Assembly: GCA_963767925.1 (NCBI GenBank)
Contig: CAVYGB010000008.1
Location: forward strand, 2,848,001 to 2,912,000
DNA: 64,000 bases
Source: an uncultured delta proteobacterium
GTDB lineage: Bacteria; Myxococcota_A; Polyangia; Fen-1088
Reading direction: 5' to 3'
Shown here: piece by piece, positions 21,051-31,732 of the stretch
How positions within the stretch are numbered: the stretch's first letter is position 1
Layout of the letters: each line of letters starts with the position of its first letter
Translations under genes and position numbers: made by a program
The notes under the pieces: generated by a model
What the model saw: only the letters and a program-made list of their open reading frames with translations
Told to the model about the DNA's origin: nothing
The model's database searches: none

Positions 21051-22439
21051 TCAGGGGGTGGGGTCGTTGTGGAAGGGGAGGATCCAGGCGGGGGGGAGCT
21101 GGTCGGCGGCCAGGTCGATCTCGGGATCGACGAGGGGGCGGAGGGGGCGGCCGTTGAGGCTGACCAGGACTTCGGCGTGGACGGCCACGCCGGGGCCTTC
21201 CTTCCGGGCCAGGGCGCGGGCGAAGTCCCGGATCAGGTCGGGCTGGGTGGACATCATCTTGATCTGCAGGGGGGTCAGGTGGTCGCGCAGGCGCACCGGG
21301 CGGCGCTTGCCCGTGCGCCGATCCCGCAGGGTGAAGTCGGCTACCCCCGTCTTCTCCATCAACATGACGTGCCAGGAGAAGCGGTAACCCTGCTCGCTCC
21401 ACAACACGTGGCCGGGGTACAGGTGCTGGCGCAGCGGGAAGAGGGTCTGGAACAGGACGTAAACCAGCAGGGCCGCCGTCGCGAGCCGGCCGAGCGGCGG
21501 CGCCTGTGAGGCCGGGCGGGGCGATGGGGGCACGCGCGGCAGACGAAGCAGGCGAAGCAGGCGGCGGGGCCAGTCGGGCGAGAGGAACAGCAGCGAGCAG
21601 CCGATCATGAAGAAGGGGAACATGCCCAGGCGGAACAGGCGGACGGTCAGCAGGTGGAAGGCCACCGCGGCGATGAGGGCGAAGGGGCGCGAGCGGCGCC
21701 AGAGCAGCAGGAACGGCACGAAGGTGTCGAAGGCGGCGCCGGCCCAGCTCGCGAGGTGCGCGGTCTCGGGGCGCATGAGCAGGGGGCCGAGCAGGGGAAA
21801 GTCGCCGTTGGTGGGCAGCCAGATCCGCAGGGGCAAGGCCTGCAGCAGCCAGTCGCTGCGCCACTTCGCCACGCCGGCGAAGAAGTAGACGCACCCGACC
21901 TGGAAGCGGAGCAGCCCCAGGGTCCAGGCCGGGACGGTGGGCTCGACGCCTCCGCGGCGGAGGGCGTCGAGCGACCAGATGCGCGCGCTCGGCACCACCG
22001 CCAGCAGGGCGGTGAGCAGGGTGACGAGGTAATAGTGGTTGAGGTAGTGGGTCAGGTCGGAGAAGTGTGCGTAGCTGAACAGCAGGCAGAACAGGCCCGC
22101 CGCCGGTCGGGCAAACAGGCCAACCATGAGGCAGGTGGCCAGCAGGCTCAGCAGGCCGAACAGCAGGTACATCGCCGGGGGTGACAAGGGCGCCAGCCCG
22201 GACCACAAGGGGAAGAAGAAGGTCGGATCGACGAAGGCCTCGCGGATCATCCCCTTGGCGGCGTAGCGAATCACCGCCACCAGCAGCAGCGCCCCGAACA
22301 CGACGCGGAAGGCGGCCAGCCCGGCCGCGTCCACCGGCGCGGCCAGACGCCGCCGGAGGCGCAGGAGTCGGCCCGCTCCGGCTCGCGGAGGGTCAGTCCC
22401 CGTCGTTGTCGGAGAAGCCGATGCTGACGCCAAGGGCAT
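21051..22439 (-). CDS. HTTM domain protein, vitamin K-dependent gamma-carboxylase-like (copy 1); start uncertain
   Basis: LAAFRVVFG, YLNHYYL, QVGCVYFFAGVAK..SDWL, FH......F.LGMFP, GYRFSWHVMLMEK, QPDLI, SLNGR. Confidence 0.88.
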   Translation of the reverse strand: MPLASASASPTTTGTDPPRAGAGRLLRLRRRLAAPVDAAGLAAFRVVFGALLLVAVIRYAAKGMIREAFVDPTFFFPLWSGLAPLSPPAMYLLFGLLSLLATCLMVGLFARPAAGLFCLLFSYAHFSDLTHYLNHYYLVTLLTALLAVVPSARIWSLDALRRGGVEPTVPAWTLGLLRFQVGCVYFFAGVAKWRSDWLLQALPLRIWLPTNGDFPLLGPLLMRPETAHLASWAGAAFDTFVPFLLLWRRSRPFALIAAVAFHLLTVRLFRLGMFPFFMIGCSLLFLSPDWPRRLLRLLRLPRVPPSPRPASQAPPLGRLATAALLVYVLFQTLFPLRQHLYPGHVLWSEQGYRFSWHVMLMEKTGVADFTLRDRRTGKRRPVRLRDHLTPLQIKMMSTQPDLIRDFARALARKEGPGVAVHAEVLVSLNGRPLRPLVDPEIDLAADQLPPAWILPFHNDPTP

Positions 22440-23562
22440 TGAACACCCCGGTGGCCAGCGCGGCCTTCACCAGGCGGAGGGCAGCGATGGCCCGCACCAC
22501 CGGCTCCGACTCGGCGCCGGCGGTCCGCACCGGCCGGGGCACGGCCCCGACCAGCTCCCGCGCCGTGGCCAGCGTCCGGAGCATCTGGGTGTCGGCGTTG
22601 GCGTTCATGTCGCGCACGGCGTCCGCCACCGAGACCACCGCCACGACATCGGGCCGGGCCCGGGGCCGCCCGGTGTAGAGCGCCTCCAGGCCGGCGAGGT
22701 CCTCGAGAATGTCGGGCACCACCTGGTCGCTGCGCGTGGCGACGGGCAGGCCGACCTTGGTGGTCATCCCGCCGGTGGCCAGCCGGAGCACGTCGATGGT
22801 GCGGTCGGCGATGGCCAGCGATTTGTTGAGGAGGGCGTTGAGGGCGTCGCGCTCGAGCGCGAACTGGGTGCTGCCCCGCCCCGCCCGGGCCAGCTCCTGC
22901 CCGAACTGCGCCCGCCAGCCCTCGACCACCGCGCCGAGCTTGGCGTCGAGATCGCCGCCGAGGAGCCCGAGGTAGAGCGCCCGCCGCGGTCCCTGTGGCC
23001 CGGCGAAGGTCTGGGCGGTGGCCTCGGGGGTGGCGTCGGCCGGCTCGAACAGGAGGTATTCGATGGCCAGGAAGCCCCGCTGGTTGGCCCCCAGGCTGCG
23101 CACCGCCGTGGCGTCTAGCGGGGTGGCGGCGGCCAGCAGGCGCTCCAGCCGGGCGGCGTCGGTCGGCTCGTCGATGATCCCGCTGGTCACGCCGAGGTCG
23201 TCGGCGGGGCCGATGCCGTAGGCGTTGGTGCGGCGCCAGAGCGCGCGGGTGGCCCGCCAGGTTTCCCGGGCGGCGGCGATGTTCTCCGCGGTCGGCGCCC
23301 CCGCCGCGCTGGTCAGGGCGGCGGCCAGCTCGGCCGAGCCGGTCTTCAACGCCTCGTAGTCGGGCAGCGCCACCACCCGCACCAGCTCGGCCAGCACGAC
23401 CTGGCGATCGGGGCGGGCCGCGGGCGGCCCCTCGACGGCGGCGGCGTCCGGCGTCTGCGCGGGTGCGCCGTCCACCTCGGCCGGCGCGGGCGCCGGCTTG
23501 CGCTCGCAGGTGGCGAGCACCGGGAGCAACAGGAGCAGCAGACCGGTCCGCGTCGTCGACAT
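22393..23562 (-). CDS. Imelysin-like lipoprotein (non-His type)
   Basis: Signal plus lipobox-like LATC, AARETW, RGFLAIEYLLF, C-terminal GFSDNDGD. Confidence 0.82.
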   Translation of the reverse strand: MSTTRTGLLLLLLPVLATCERKPAPAPAEVDGAPAQTPDAAAVEGPPAARPDRQVVLAELVRVVALPDYEALKTGSAELAAALTSAAGAPTAENIAAARETWRATRALWRRTNAYGIGPADDLGVTSGIIDEPTDAARLERLLAAATPLDATAVRSLGANQRGFLAIEYLLFEPADATPEATAQTFAGPQGPRRALYLGLLGGDLDAKLGAVVEGWRAQFGQELARAGRGSTQFALERDALNALLNKSLAIADRTIDVLRLATGGMTTKVGLPVATRSDQVVPDILEDLAGLEALYTGRPRARPDVVAVVSVADAVRDMNANADTQMLRTLATARELVGAVPRPVRTAGAESEPVVRAIAALRLVKAALATGVFNALGVSIGFSDNDGD

Positions 23563-25059
23563 CACAGGGAATCCAGGAACATGATGAGCGCCTCCCGATC
23601 GGGCTTGGGCAACTGCTTGTAGGCCTCGCGGCTGCGTTCGGCCTCGCCGCCGTGCCACAAGATAGCCTCGGAGAAGCCCCGCGCGCGACCATCGTGCAGC
23701 AGATAGCGGTGGCGGTTGACCGCCTGCACGAGGCCGAGCCCCCACAGGGGTGGGGTCCGCCACTCGCTGCCCGAGGCCTGGAAGTCGGGTCGCCCGTCGG
23801 CGAGGTCGGGGCCCAGGTCGTGCAGGAGAAGATCGCTGAACGGCCGGATGGTCTGGCCAGACAGCTCGGGCAGCTCGGGGTGGGTCCCGGTCTTCAGCAC
23901 CGGCGTGTGGCAACCCGTGCATCCCAGCTCGGCGAAGACGACCTTGCCCCGCCGGACCTCGGGCACCATGGTGCGGCGACGGCCCGGGACGGCCAGCGTC
24001 GACACGTACGACACGACCGACTTCAGGAAGGACTCGCTGAGCTGCGGCGCCTCGTTGCCCGGCTCCGCGGTGGGGGCGGCCTGGCAGGCCTCCTGGGTGG
24101 AGGTGCAGCTCTCGGCCGGGAACATCGCGGAGGTGATGCCGATGTCGCCGTTGAATGCCCCCGCGGTCTGCTGGCGCAGGTTGGGCTGGTTGGCCTTCCA
24201 GCCGAAACGGCCGAGGGCCGGGCGCTGGTTCTCCTGGTCCCACACCAGGTTGGGGCGCCCCGAGATGCCGTCGCCGTCGAGGTCGTCGGGATCGGCGCGG
24301 GCGAGCAGGGTCTCCTCGGGCACCGCCTCGAGCAAGCCCAGCCCGACCAGGTGCGCGCCCACCCGCGGAGAGATCATCACGTCGGGGGCCAGCGGGCCGT
24401 AGCCCAGGCTCTCCACGGTGTAGCTCGGTTTGCGCAGCGAATACGGCTCGCCGTCGGCGAAGCTGCCCGGCACCTCCTGGTAGGCCACCCGGCCCCGGCC
24501 TTCGCCCGGAACGCCGGGGATCGAGGCCCCCTGGAGCTGCCCGCCATAGCTCGGCTCGGGCAGCGGGGCCGCCGTGCGAGTCGGCGCCAGGCACCGACAG
24601 GCGGAGCAACATCGAGCTGAAGTTCTCGTCCGGCCGATCGGGGGGCCGGCCCCGGCCGTCCCGGATGTGACAGGCCGAGCAGTTCGTCGCGTTGAAGACC
24701 GGCCCCAGCCCGTCCATGCCGGTCACCGAGGCAGGGGCGATGATCCAGCCCCGGTTGAAGATGGCGTTGCCCACGAAGAACTCGTCTTCGTGCTCGGGCG
24801 TGAGGGTCGGGACGGCCTGGGAGAAGGCCTTGCTGCCCGTGTCGAACACGGTCGCCGCACCGCCAGAGAAGGCCTCGCCGGGATCCTCCAGCCAGGAGTC
24901 CGAGCCGGTGTCGGCCGGCTGGGCGTCCGCCTCCAGCGCGTCGGGCGGGTCGGACACTGCGGCATCGAGGAGCGGCGGGTCGCCCGGGGGCGACCCGCCT
25001 TCTCCACACGCCGACGCCGTGAGGACCAGACCTGCGACGAGCGTGGCGGCGATGCGCAT
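23562..25059 (-). CDS. Di-heme oxidoreductase (DUF1111) lipoprotein; one frameshift near 24566
   Basis: GLGPVFNATNCSACHIRDGRG, GLGLLEAV, GRFGWKA, CTGCH, SDLLLHDLG, WRTPPLWGLG, LHDGRAR, HGGE; removing one G from GGGG 24565-24568 joins the halves. Confidence 0.9.
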
Positions 25060-25081
25060 CAGGATGGGCGTCGAGCGCCGC

Positions 25082-26470
<1,389 letters not shown>

Positions 26471-26571
26471 TGGCAAGAACCTCATCTGGATATTGGTGGC
26501 ACGGGGCGCTGGGGCCTCTGACCTCCGACCTGTGTTGATGTACGTGGATCTACGTAGAGCCACGCCCGGAT

Positions 26572-26600
26572 CGAATATGACGTTCATTTTCAGTTGTCAA
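26572..26600 (-). promoter_or_regulatory. -35 hexamer plus Fur-type box for operon A
   Basis: Minus strand TTGACA-AC-TGAAAATGAACGTCATATTCG. Confidence 0.82.
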
Positions 26601-26663
26601 GCTGCTGAAACAGCGCCGTCTCGCGATCCCCGTTGCCAGCGAGGCCCTGCGCCGTTATGGTCT

Positions 26664-26678
26664 TGAAAGTTACTTTCA
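26664..26678 (+). promoter_or_regulatory. 7-1-7 Fur-type palindrome upstream of bfd
   Basis: TGAAAGT-T-ACTTTCA perfect inverted repeat 25 bp before the ATG. Confidence 0.7.
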
Positions 26679-26703
26679 TGAAACCGACGGGGCCGGTCCG
26701 GGG

Positions 26704-26928
26704 ATGATCGTCTGTGTCTGTCGCGCGGTCGGCGAGCGGCAGCTCCGCGCCGTGGTGGAGCGCGGCGCCTGCACGCTCGAGGCGGTGGAGCGGGCCTGCG
26801 GAGCCGGCGGCGACTGTGGCACCTGCCAGCCCGAGATCGTGGCCCTCATCGTGCGGCACGGGCAGCCGGCGGCCGCCCGCTTCTCGGTAGTGGCGCCGCC
26901 CGCGGAGGGTCCGCGGGCCAGCGAGTGA
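26704..26928 (+). CDS. bfd: Bacterioferritin-associated [2Fe-2S] ferredoxin
   Basis: MIVCVC...GAGGDCGTC pattern. Confidence 0.9.
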   Translation: MIVCVCRAVGERQLRAVVERGACTLEAVERACGAGGDCGTCQPEIVALIVRHGQPAAARFSVVAPPAEGPRASE

Positions 26929-26986
26929 GCGGGCGCCGGCGCGCCTGCGGTTGCGCTCCCGGCTTGCCTCTCGATTACGCCCTCGC

Positions 26987-27757
26987 CTATTTGGCGGCGG
27001 GCGCGGCGGCGGCGCGGGCGGGCGGCTTCGGGGCGGGCGGTGAAGGGAGGCCGCTCGGCCTGACGAAAGACAGCGTGGTGGTGTAGCTCGCCAGGTCGTA
27101 CTTCTCCTCGGGCTTGCCGGCGGCGGCGGGGCGCTGGCCCGGGGTGTTGTCGACGTGGCGGATGGCCACGAGGTACGACCCCTTCCAGGGCAGGTTGAAG
27201 CTGATCTTGCCCTGCTCGTCGGTGTGGCCCTCCTGGCCCCAGCCCGAGGCGGCCTTGATGCCGATCTCGGCCTTCGGCAGCGGCTGGCCCCGGAAGACCA
27301 CCTGGAACTCGCCCACCTTGCCGGTGGGCACCACGTCGAGGGTGAGCTTGGGCTGCTGGGCGGTGAAGTCGGTGATGTAGCGGGCGGCCGGGCTCCAGAA
27401 GGTGCGGGTGGTCTTCTCGCCGGCCTTGCGCTCGATCACCGGGTAGTTCGGCTCCTGCACCACCAGCGTCTCGCCCTTCTTGATGCGGGCCTCGCTGGAG
27501 AAGCTGCTGGCGGTCTTCGCCAGGGTGACCGGCTGCTCGCCCTTGCCGGTGAGGTGGGTGCCGGTCGGGCCGGGGAACTTGTCGAGGTAGCCGGGCGACG
27601 ACTCGCGCACGTTCTCGGCGAACTCGCCGAAGTACAGCTTGGCGCCGGCCTTGTCCTGCTCGAGCCAGATCTGGTGGGCCGGCGCGGCGGCGGGTCCGAG
27701 CAGGACGAGGGTGGCGGCCAGCAGGCCGAGAGGTCGGGTGAGGTGGGTCTTGTTCAT
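26987..27757 (-). CDS. DUF4198-like exported protein
   Basis: Signal peptide then HQIWLE, YFGEF, LDVVP, VFRGQPLP, TDEQG; GGAGG RBS. Confidence 0.78.
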   Translation of the reverse strand: MNKTHLTRPLGLLAATLVLLGPAAAPAHQIWLEQDKAGAKLYFGEFAENVRESSPGYLDKFPGPTGTHLTGKGEQPVTLAKTASSFSSEARIKKGETLVVQEPNYPVIERKAGEKTTRTFWSPAARYITDFTAQQPKLTLDVVPTGKVGEFQVVFRGQPLPKAEIGIKAASGWGQEGHTDEQGKISFNLPWKGSYLVAIRHVDNTPGQRPAAAGKPEEKYDLASYTTTLSFVRPSGLPSPPAPKPPARAAAAPAAK

Positions 27758-27807
27758 GGTGGTCTTGCCTCCTGGGTCGAGTCTCGGCGCCGGTCGGGCG
27801 GAGCCCG

Positions 27808-28866
27808 TCAGCGGCGCGCGGTTGCGAGGGGCGCGCCGGGTCCGGACTCCCAGCTCGCGCGGATGATCTCTTCGACGCGGCGGCGGCGGGCGGTCACGTC
27901 GGGGGAGCCGACGACGGCGGCGTCTTCGGCCAGGGCGAAGATGCCCGCGTGCTGGGTGGTGCCGTCCACCCCCCGGCGCAGGGCCAGGCGGGGGCCGGCC
28001 GCGGCCACCTTCTTCCAGACCTCGCGCACGTCCCGCCAGAAGGTCTCGGTCCGGCTCCAGTAGTCGCGGGCCACCTGGAAGTCACGGGCCCGGGTACGCT
28101 GGTAGGTGTTGACCCCGTGCTCGCGCACCAGCGCGCGGGGGGCCCCGCGCAGGATCACCTTCGTGCTGTCTTGCTCGTGGCCCCAGCCGGTCGGGGTGAT
28201 GACGTGGCGGTTGAACCCGATGATGACGTCGTAGTCGCTGCGGGTCGTGTATTCGCGGCGGGGCAAGGGGCGCCAGGTCTCGTTGGAGGTCCACGAGGAG
28301 GTGCCGGCCATGTGTTGCCAGCGGCCCCAGCCCTCGTAGCGGGGAGCGTCGTTGACCTCGAAGACCGCCTGGCTCCACGCGCAGCGGACCTGCTCGCCGG
28401 GCAAGCGTTTCACCTCCCAGGTGCCGTCGCCGCGGAACTCGAGCAGCTCGGTGTCCTCGAAGACCCAGTCCTGGCGCCAGTGCTTGATCACCCGCGCCTC
28501 GGCGGGGGGGCCCACCACCAGCAGGTGCTGGAGCGCGATGCGGGTCGGGGACTCCTCGGCCACCACCACCAGCTCGTGCCCGTCGACCAGATAGGTGTCG
28601 CGGGGCTTGTACCCGGCCTGCAGGGCCAGGTTCTCCTGGAAGGAGAAGCGCACCTCGTATTCGCCGGTCATGGCGAGGATCGCGGCCCGGTCGCGGGCGG
28701 GGTCGCAGGTGGCGGGGGCAGCCGGCGTGCCGGGGGGCAACGTGAAGGCGGACTGCACCGAGGCGCTGCTACAGGCGGCCGTGAGGACGACGGCGATCAG
28801 GGGGAGCCACGCGGGCGCACCAGCCGCGTCCGGCCGGCTGGTCGATCTGGGGGGGACTGCGGTCAC
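27808..28866 (-). CDS. DUF6607-like lipoprotein
   Basis: TAAC lipobox-like, DRAAILAM.GEY.V.F, LQHLL, KHWRQDW, PRYEG.G.W, WRPLPRREYT; GTG start just after a Fur box. Confidence 0.75.
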   Translation of the reverse strand: MTAVPPRSTSRPDAAGAPAWLPLIAVVLTAACSSASVQSAFTLPPGTPAAPATCDPARDRAAILAMTGEYEVRFSFQENLALQAGYKPRDTYLVDGHELVVVAEESPTRIALQHLLVVGPPAEARVIKHWRQDWVFEDTELLEFRGDGTWEVKRLPGEQVRCAWSQAVFEVNDAPRYEGWGRWQHMAGTSSWTSNETWRPLPRREYTTRSDYDVIIGFNRHVITPTGWGHEQDSTKVILRGAPRALVREHGVNTYQRTRARDFQVARDYWSRTETFWRDVREVWKKVAAAGPRLALRRGVDGTTQHAGIFALAEDAAVVGSPDVTARRRRVEEIIRASWESGPGAPLATARR

Positions 28867-28879
28867 CGTCTGCCTCGAT

Positions 28880-28900
28880 TGATTATGATAGTCAGTTTCA
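28880..28900 (-). promoter_or_regulatory. Fur-type box
   Basis: Minus strand TGAAACTGACTATCATAATCA. Confidence 0.78.
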
Positions 28901-29200
28901 TCAGACACACAAGGGCTATCGCGCGGTCGAGCTGTTCGATCCGCCGGCGCCTGCGCCGGCGCCGCCCCCCCCCATCCCCCGCCGCCGGAGCCGCCCGCCC
29001 CGCCGCCTCCCGCGCCCGGATGAAGGCGGCGCTGGCCCCTGCCCCGGCCCAGGCCGCCGAGGTGGTGGCGAAGGAGCCAGCCGCCGAGGAGCCGCTCGAT
29101 CTGACCTCGTCCTCTCCCCACGCCGCAGACGTCCGCGGGGAGAGGGCAACCGGGCAGCGGGGTTGCCTGCTCACCGCTTGCCGATCGCCAGCGCTCGATC

Positions 29201-29578
29201 TCAGGCAGGCGGCGCGACGATGGCGGCGCCCTCGGTCCGGGGGCGCTCGAAGTAGCCGGGGAAGGCCAGCGCCAGCCCCTGGGCGATGGCCCCGAACCAG
29301 AGCGCGGTCAGCAGACCGGTCATCAACACCTTGCCCCAGCGGCTCGCGTCGGTCACCCGGTTCCGCCACAGCCACCGGTGGATCAGCCGGGCCACGAGGA
29401 AGATGGTGCCCAGCCAGAGCAGCAGCCCCGCCACCGCCACCACGGGAAACACCGCCCGCGCGTAGCGCAGGCAGAGGGTCGCCGCGATCCAGGTGAAGGC
29501 CAGCACGAACAGCGGCGATCCCAGGGTCGCGACGACCTCGGCGAGCCGGCGTGCAGTACCGGCACGAGCAGGTTCCAT
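29201..29578 (-). CDS. Small membrane protein (about 3 TM)
   Basis: Three hydrophobic segments, host-like codon usage. Confidence 0.6.
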   Translation of the reverse strand: MEPARAGTARRLAEVVATLGSPLFVLAFTWIAATLCLRYARAVFPVVAVAGLLLWLGTIFLVARLIHRWLWRNRVTDASRWGKVLMTGLLTALWFGAIAQGLALAFPGYFERPRTEGAAIVAPPA

Positions 29579-29844
29579 CGGCCGCGCAGCATGACACGCG
29601 CGCCCCCCCCGCGGGGAGCCACCGCGATCAGGGGGCCGCCGGCCGGCGCCGGCCGAGGCCCCCGACGTCCTGGGCCAATGGGAGACCAGACTCATCTTCG
29701 CGGCTTTGTCGGGCCGTCTCGGGCCCGGCCCCGCCGGCAGAGGTTCGCATTTCGAGCAGCCCAGATCTCCCCCCCCGGCGCCGACGCGAACATTTGCGAG
29801 ACAGAGTACGTTCTTGCCGCTCTATGACCTGCGGGATGGCGGGC

Positions 29845-30678
29845 TCAGCGGCGGACGTCGACGTCCTTGTCGGTGAAGCGGTAACCCAGCCCGCGCACCG
29901 TCTCGATCAGGCGGCCGGCGGGGCCCAGCTTGTCGCGCAGGCGCTTGATGCAGACGTCCACCGTGCGGCTGCTGACGCTGGGCTGGTATCCCCAGACGGA
30001 GGTGAGCAGCAGCTTGCGCGAGCAGAGGAACCCCTGCGACTGGCAAAAATAGATGAGGAGCTGCATCTCCATCGCCGACAGGGGCACCTCCTGGCCGTTC
30101 ACGTAGGCGTGGCACCCGTCGACGTCGACCTGCAGCGGGCCAAAAGAGAACGAGCGCCGCGGGCGAGGCTCGGCCCCGGCGCTGGCGCTCAAGCCGGCCG
30201 GCGCGGTCAGCCCCAGGACCGGCAGCGCGCCCGAGGCCCGGGCCCGCAGGCGGGCGTCCATGCGCAGCTTGAGCTCGCGGAAGCTGAAGGGCCGGACCAG
30301 GTAGTCCTCGGCCGCCACCTCGTGGTGGGCGATCCAGTCGATCTCGTCGCTCCACAGGTTCAGCATGAAGAAGATGCTGGGCCGCCGCTGCCCCCCGCTG
30401 GCCTGGATGGCCCGCCAGACCTCGAGGCCGGAGATGCCCGGCAGGGTCAGGTCGAGGAGCACGAGGTCGACCTCGAGCTGGGACCAGATGCGCAGGGCCG
30501 CCTCCCCGGAGTCGACGGCGCAGACCTGGTGGCCCCAGTTCTCGAGGTTCTGACAGAGCAGCTTGCGCTGCTCGGCCTCGTCCTCCACCACCAGCACCCG
30601 ATACCACCCGGCCGTCGCCGCCTTGAGGGTCGTGTCGTCGACAAAGACGTGAGCCGTCGCTTCGCTGCGTGCCGCCAT
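29845..30678 (-). CDS. OmpR/PhoB family response regulator (atypical receiver)
   Basis: VLVVED, DLVLLDLTLPG.SG, DYLVRPF; winged helix VWGY, SRTVDV.IKRLRDKL, IETVRGLGYRF. Confidence 0.88.
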   Translation of the reverse strand: MAARSEATAHVFVDDTTLKAATAGWYRVLVVEDEAEQRKLLCQNLENWGHQVCAVDSGEAALRIWSQLEVDLVLLDLTLPGISGLEVWRAIQASGGQRRPSIFFMLNLWSDEIDWIAHHEVAAEDYLVRPFSFRELKLRMDARLRARASGALPVLGLTAPAGLSASAGAEPRPRRSFSFGPLQVDVDGCHAYVNGQEVPLSAMEMQLLIYFCQSQGFLCSRKLLLTSVWGYQPSVSSRTVDVCIKRLRDKLGPAGRLIETVRGLGYRFTDKDVDVRR

Positions 30679-30688
30679 GGTGGATGGA

Positions 30689-30717
30689 TGATTATGATTT
30701 TCAATTTCGTTTGTCAA
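30689..30717 (-). promoter_or_regulatory. -35 hexamer plus Fur-type box
   Basis: Minus strand TTGACA-AA-CGAAATTGAAAATCATAATCA. Confidence 0.82.
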
Positions 30718-30895
30718 GGCACCCGCGCGCCTCGAGCTCCGGCGCGAGGCGATCCAGCCGGCGAGGGTGCCCAGCAGCGCCTCGGCGTCCCGGCGGTGCC
30801 TGGTCGTGGAGGCGAGGCCCCGGCGGGGTAACGGCCCCAGGGCGTACTGGCGCCACCCGACGCCGCCCGGGACGCTCCGCCGTCCGGAATCCACG

Positions 30896-30930
30896 TTGAC
30901 GGCAGATCCCGAAAATGCAATTCATTCTCG
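30896..30930 (+). promoter_or_regulatory. -35-like hexamer and Fur-type box upstream of YceI gene
   Basis: TTGACG at 30896; CGAAAATGCAATTCATTCTCG at 30910-30930. Confidence 0.65.
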
Positions 30931-30975
30931 CTCGTAAGGCCCTCACGCACGTCCACACAACCGGAGGCGATTGCC

Positions 30976-31482
30976 ATGCGTCGAGCCAAAGGAACCATTC
31001 AGGTCTTCACCTTCAAGGAGGGGTTGCTGTCCGCCGTGGCGCACGACCTCCAGATCCAGCTCGAGAAGTTCGACATCACCCTCGACGGAGAGAACGTCAC
31101 CGGCGAGTTCCCCCTGCAGTCGCTCAACCTGGTGGGCCCCGTCGAAGACGGCCAGGTCAAGCCCGACAAATACGACGCCGGCAAGCGGGCCGACGTCCAC
31201 AAGGCGATGAACGAGGACGTCCTCAAGACCAGCAAACACCCCACCGCCCGCTTCAGCGGCCGCGCTGCCCCCAAGGGCGACGGCTACAGCGTCAGCGGCG
31301 AGCTCGAGCTGGGTGGCCAGAAGAATCCCCTGGCCTTCGACGTGGCCAAGAGCGCCACCGGCTACGACGGCGAGTTCGAGATCCAGCCCAGCCGCTGGGG
31401 GGTCGAGCAGTACAAGGCCATGCTCGGCGCCATCCGCCTCAAGGACCAGATCAAGGTCCGCTTCGCCCTCACCGATGCCTGA
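30976..31482 (+). CDS. YceI-like (lipid/polyisoprenoid-binding) protein
   Basis: KEGLLSAVAHDL, VL....HP.ARF, GELEL.G, GAIRLKDQIKVRF; GGAGG RBS. Confidence 0.75.
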   Translation: MRRAKGTIQVFTFKEGLLSAVAHDLQIQLEKFDITLDGENVTGEFPLQSLNLVGPVEDGQVKPDKYDAGKRADVHKAMNEDVLKTSKHPTARFSGRAAPKGDGYSVSGELELGGQKNPLAFDVAKSATGYDGEFEIQPSRWGVEQYKAMLGAIRLKDQIKVRFALTDA

Positions 31483-31538
31483 AAGGTTCCGGCGGCGTGA
31501 GCGCGCATAGCGCTCTCGCCCGTATGGTTTCGAGATCC

Positions 31539-31573
31539 CGCGCGGAACCCTCCGAGGGTTCCGCGCGTTTTTT
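31539..31573 (+). terminator. Rho-independent terminator
   Basis: CGCGCGGAACCCT-CCG-AGGGTTCCGCGCG 13-bp stem followed by T6. Confidence 0.9.
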
Positions 31574-31581
31574 GCGCGCGC

Positions 31582-31732
31582 TCAGCGGACCTTCACGAAC
31601 TGGTAGGTCCAGCCGCGGACCTCGAAGGCGTGGGTGGCCTTGCCGTCCTTGATCTCGTAGGCCTGGGTCGCCTTCCACTCCTCGCCGGGGACCAGGGCGA
31701 ACATGCGGCCGTCGAGGTTCAGCGGGGCGTAG
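31582..31732 (-). pseudogene. Orphan C-terminal gene fragment
   Basis: YAPLNLDGRMFALVPGEEWKATQAYEIKDGKATHAFEVRGWTYQFVKVR-stop with strong host codon bias, but abuts an opposite-strand fragment instead of a start. Confidence 0.5.
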
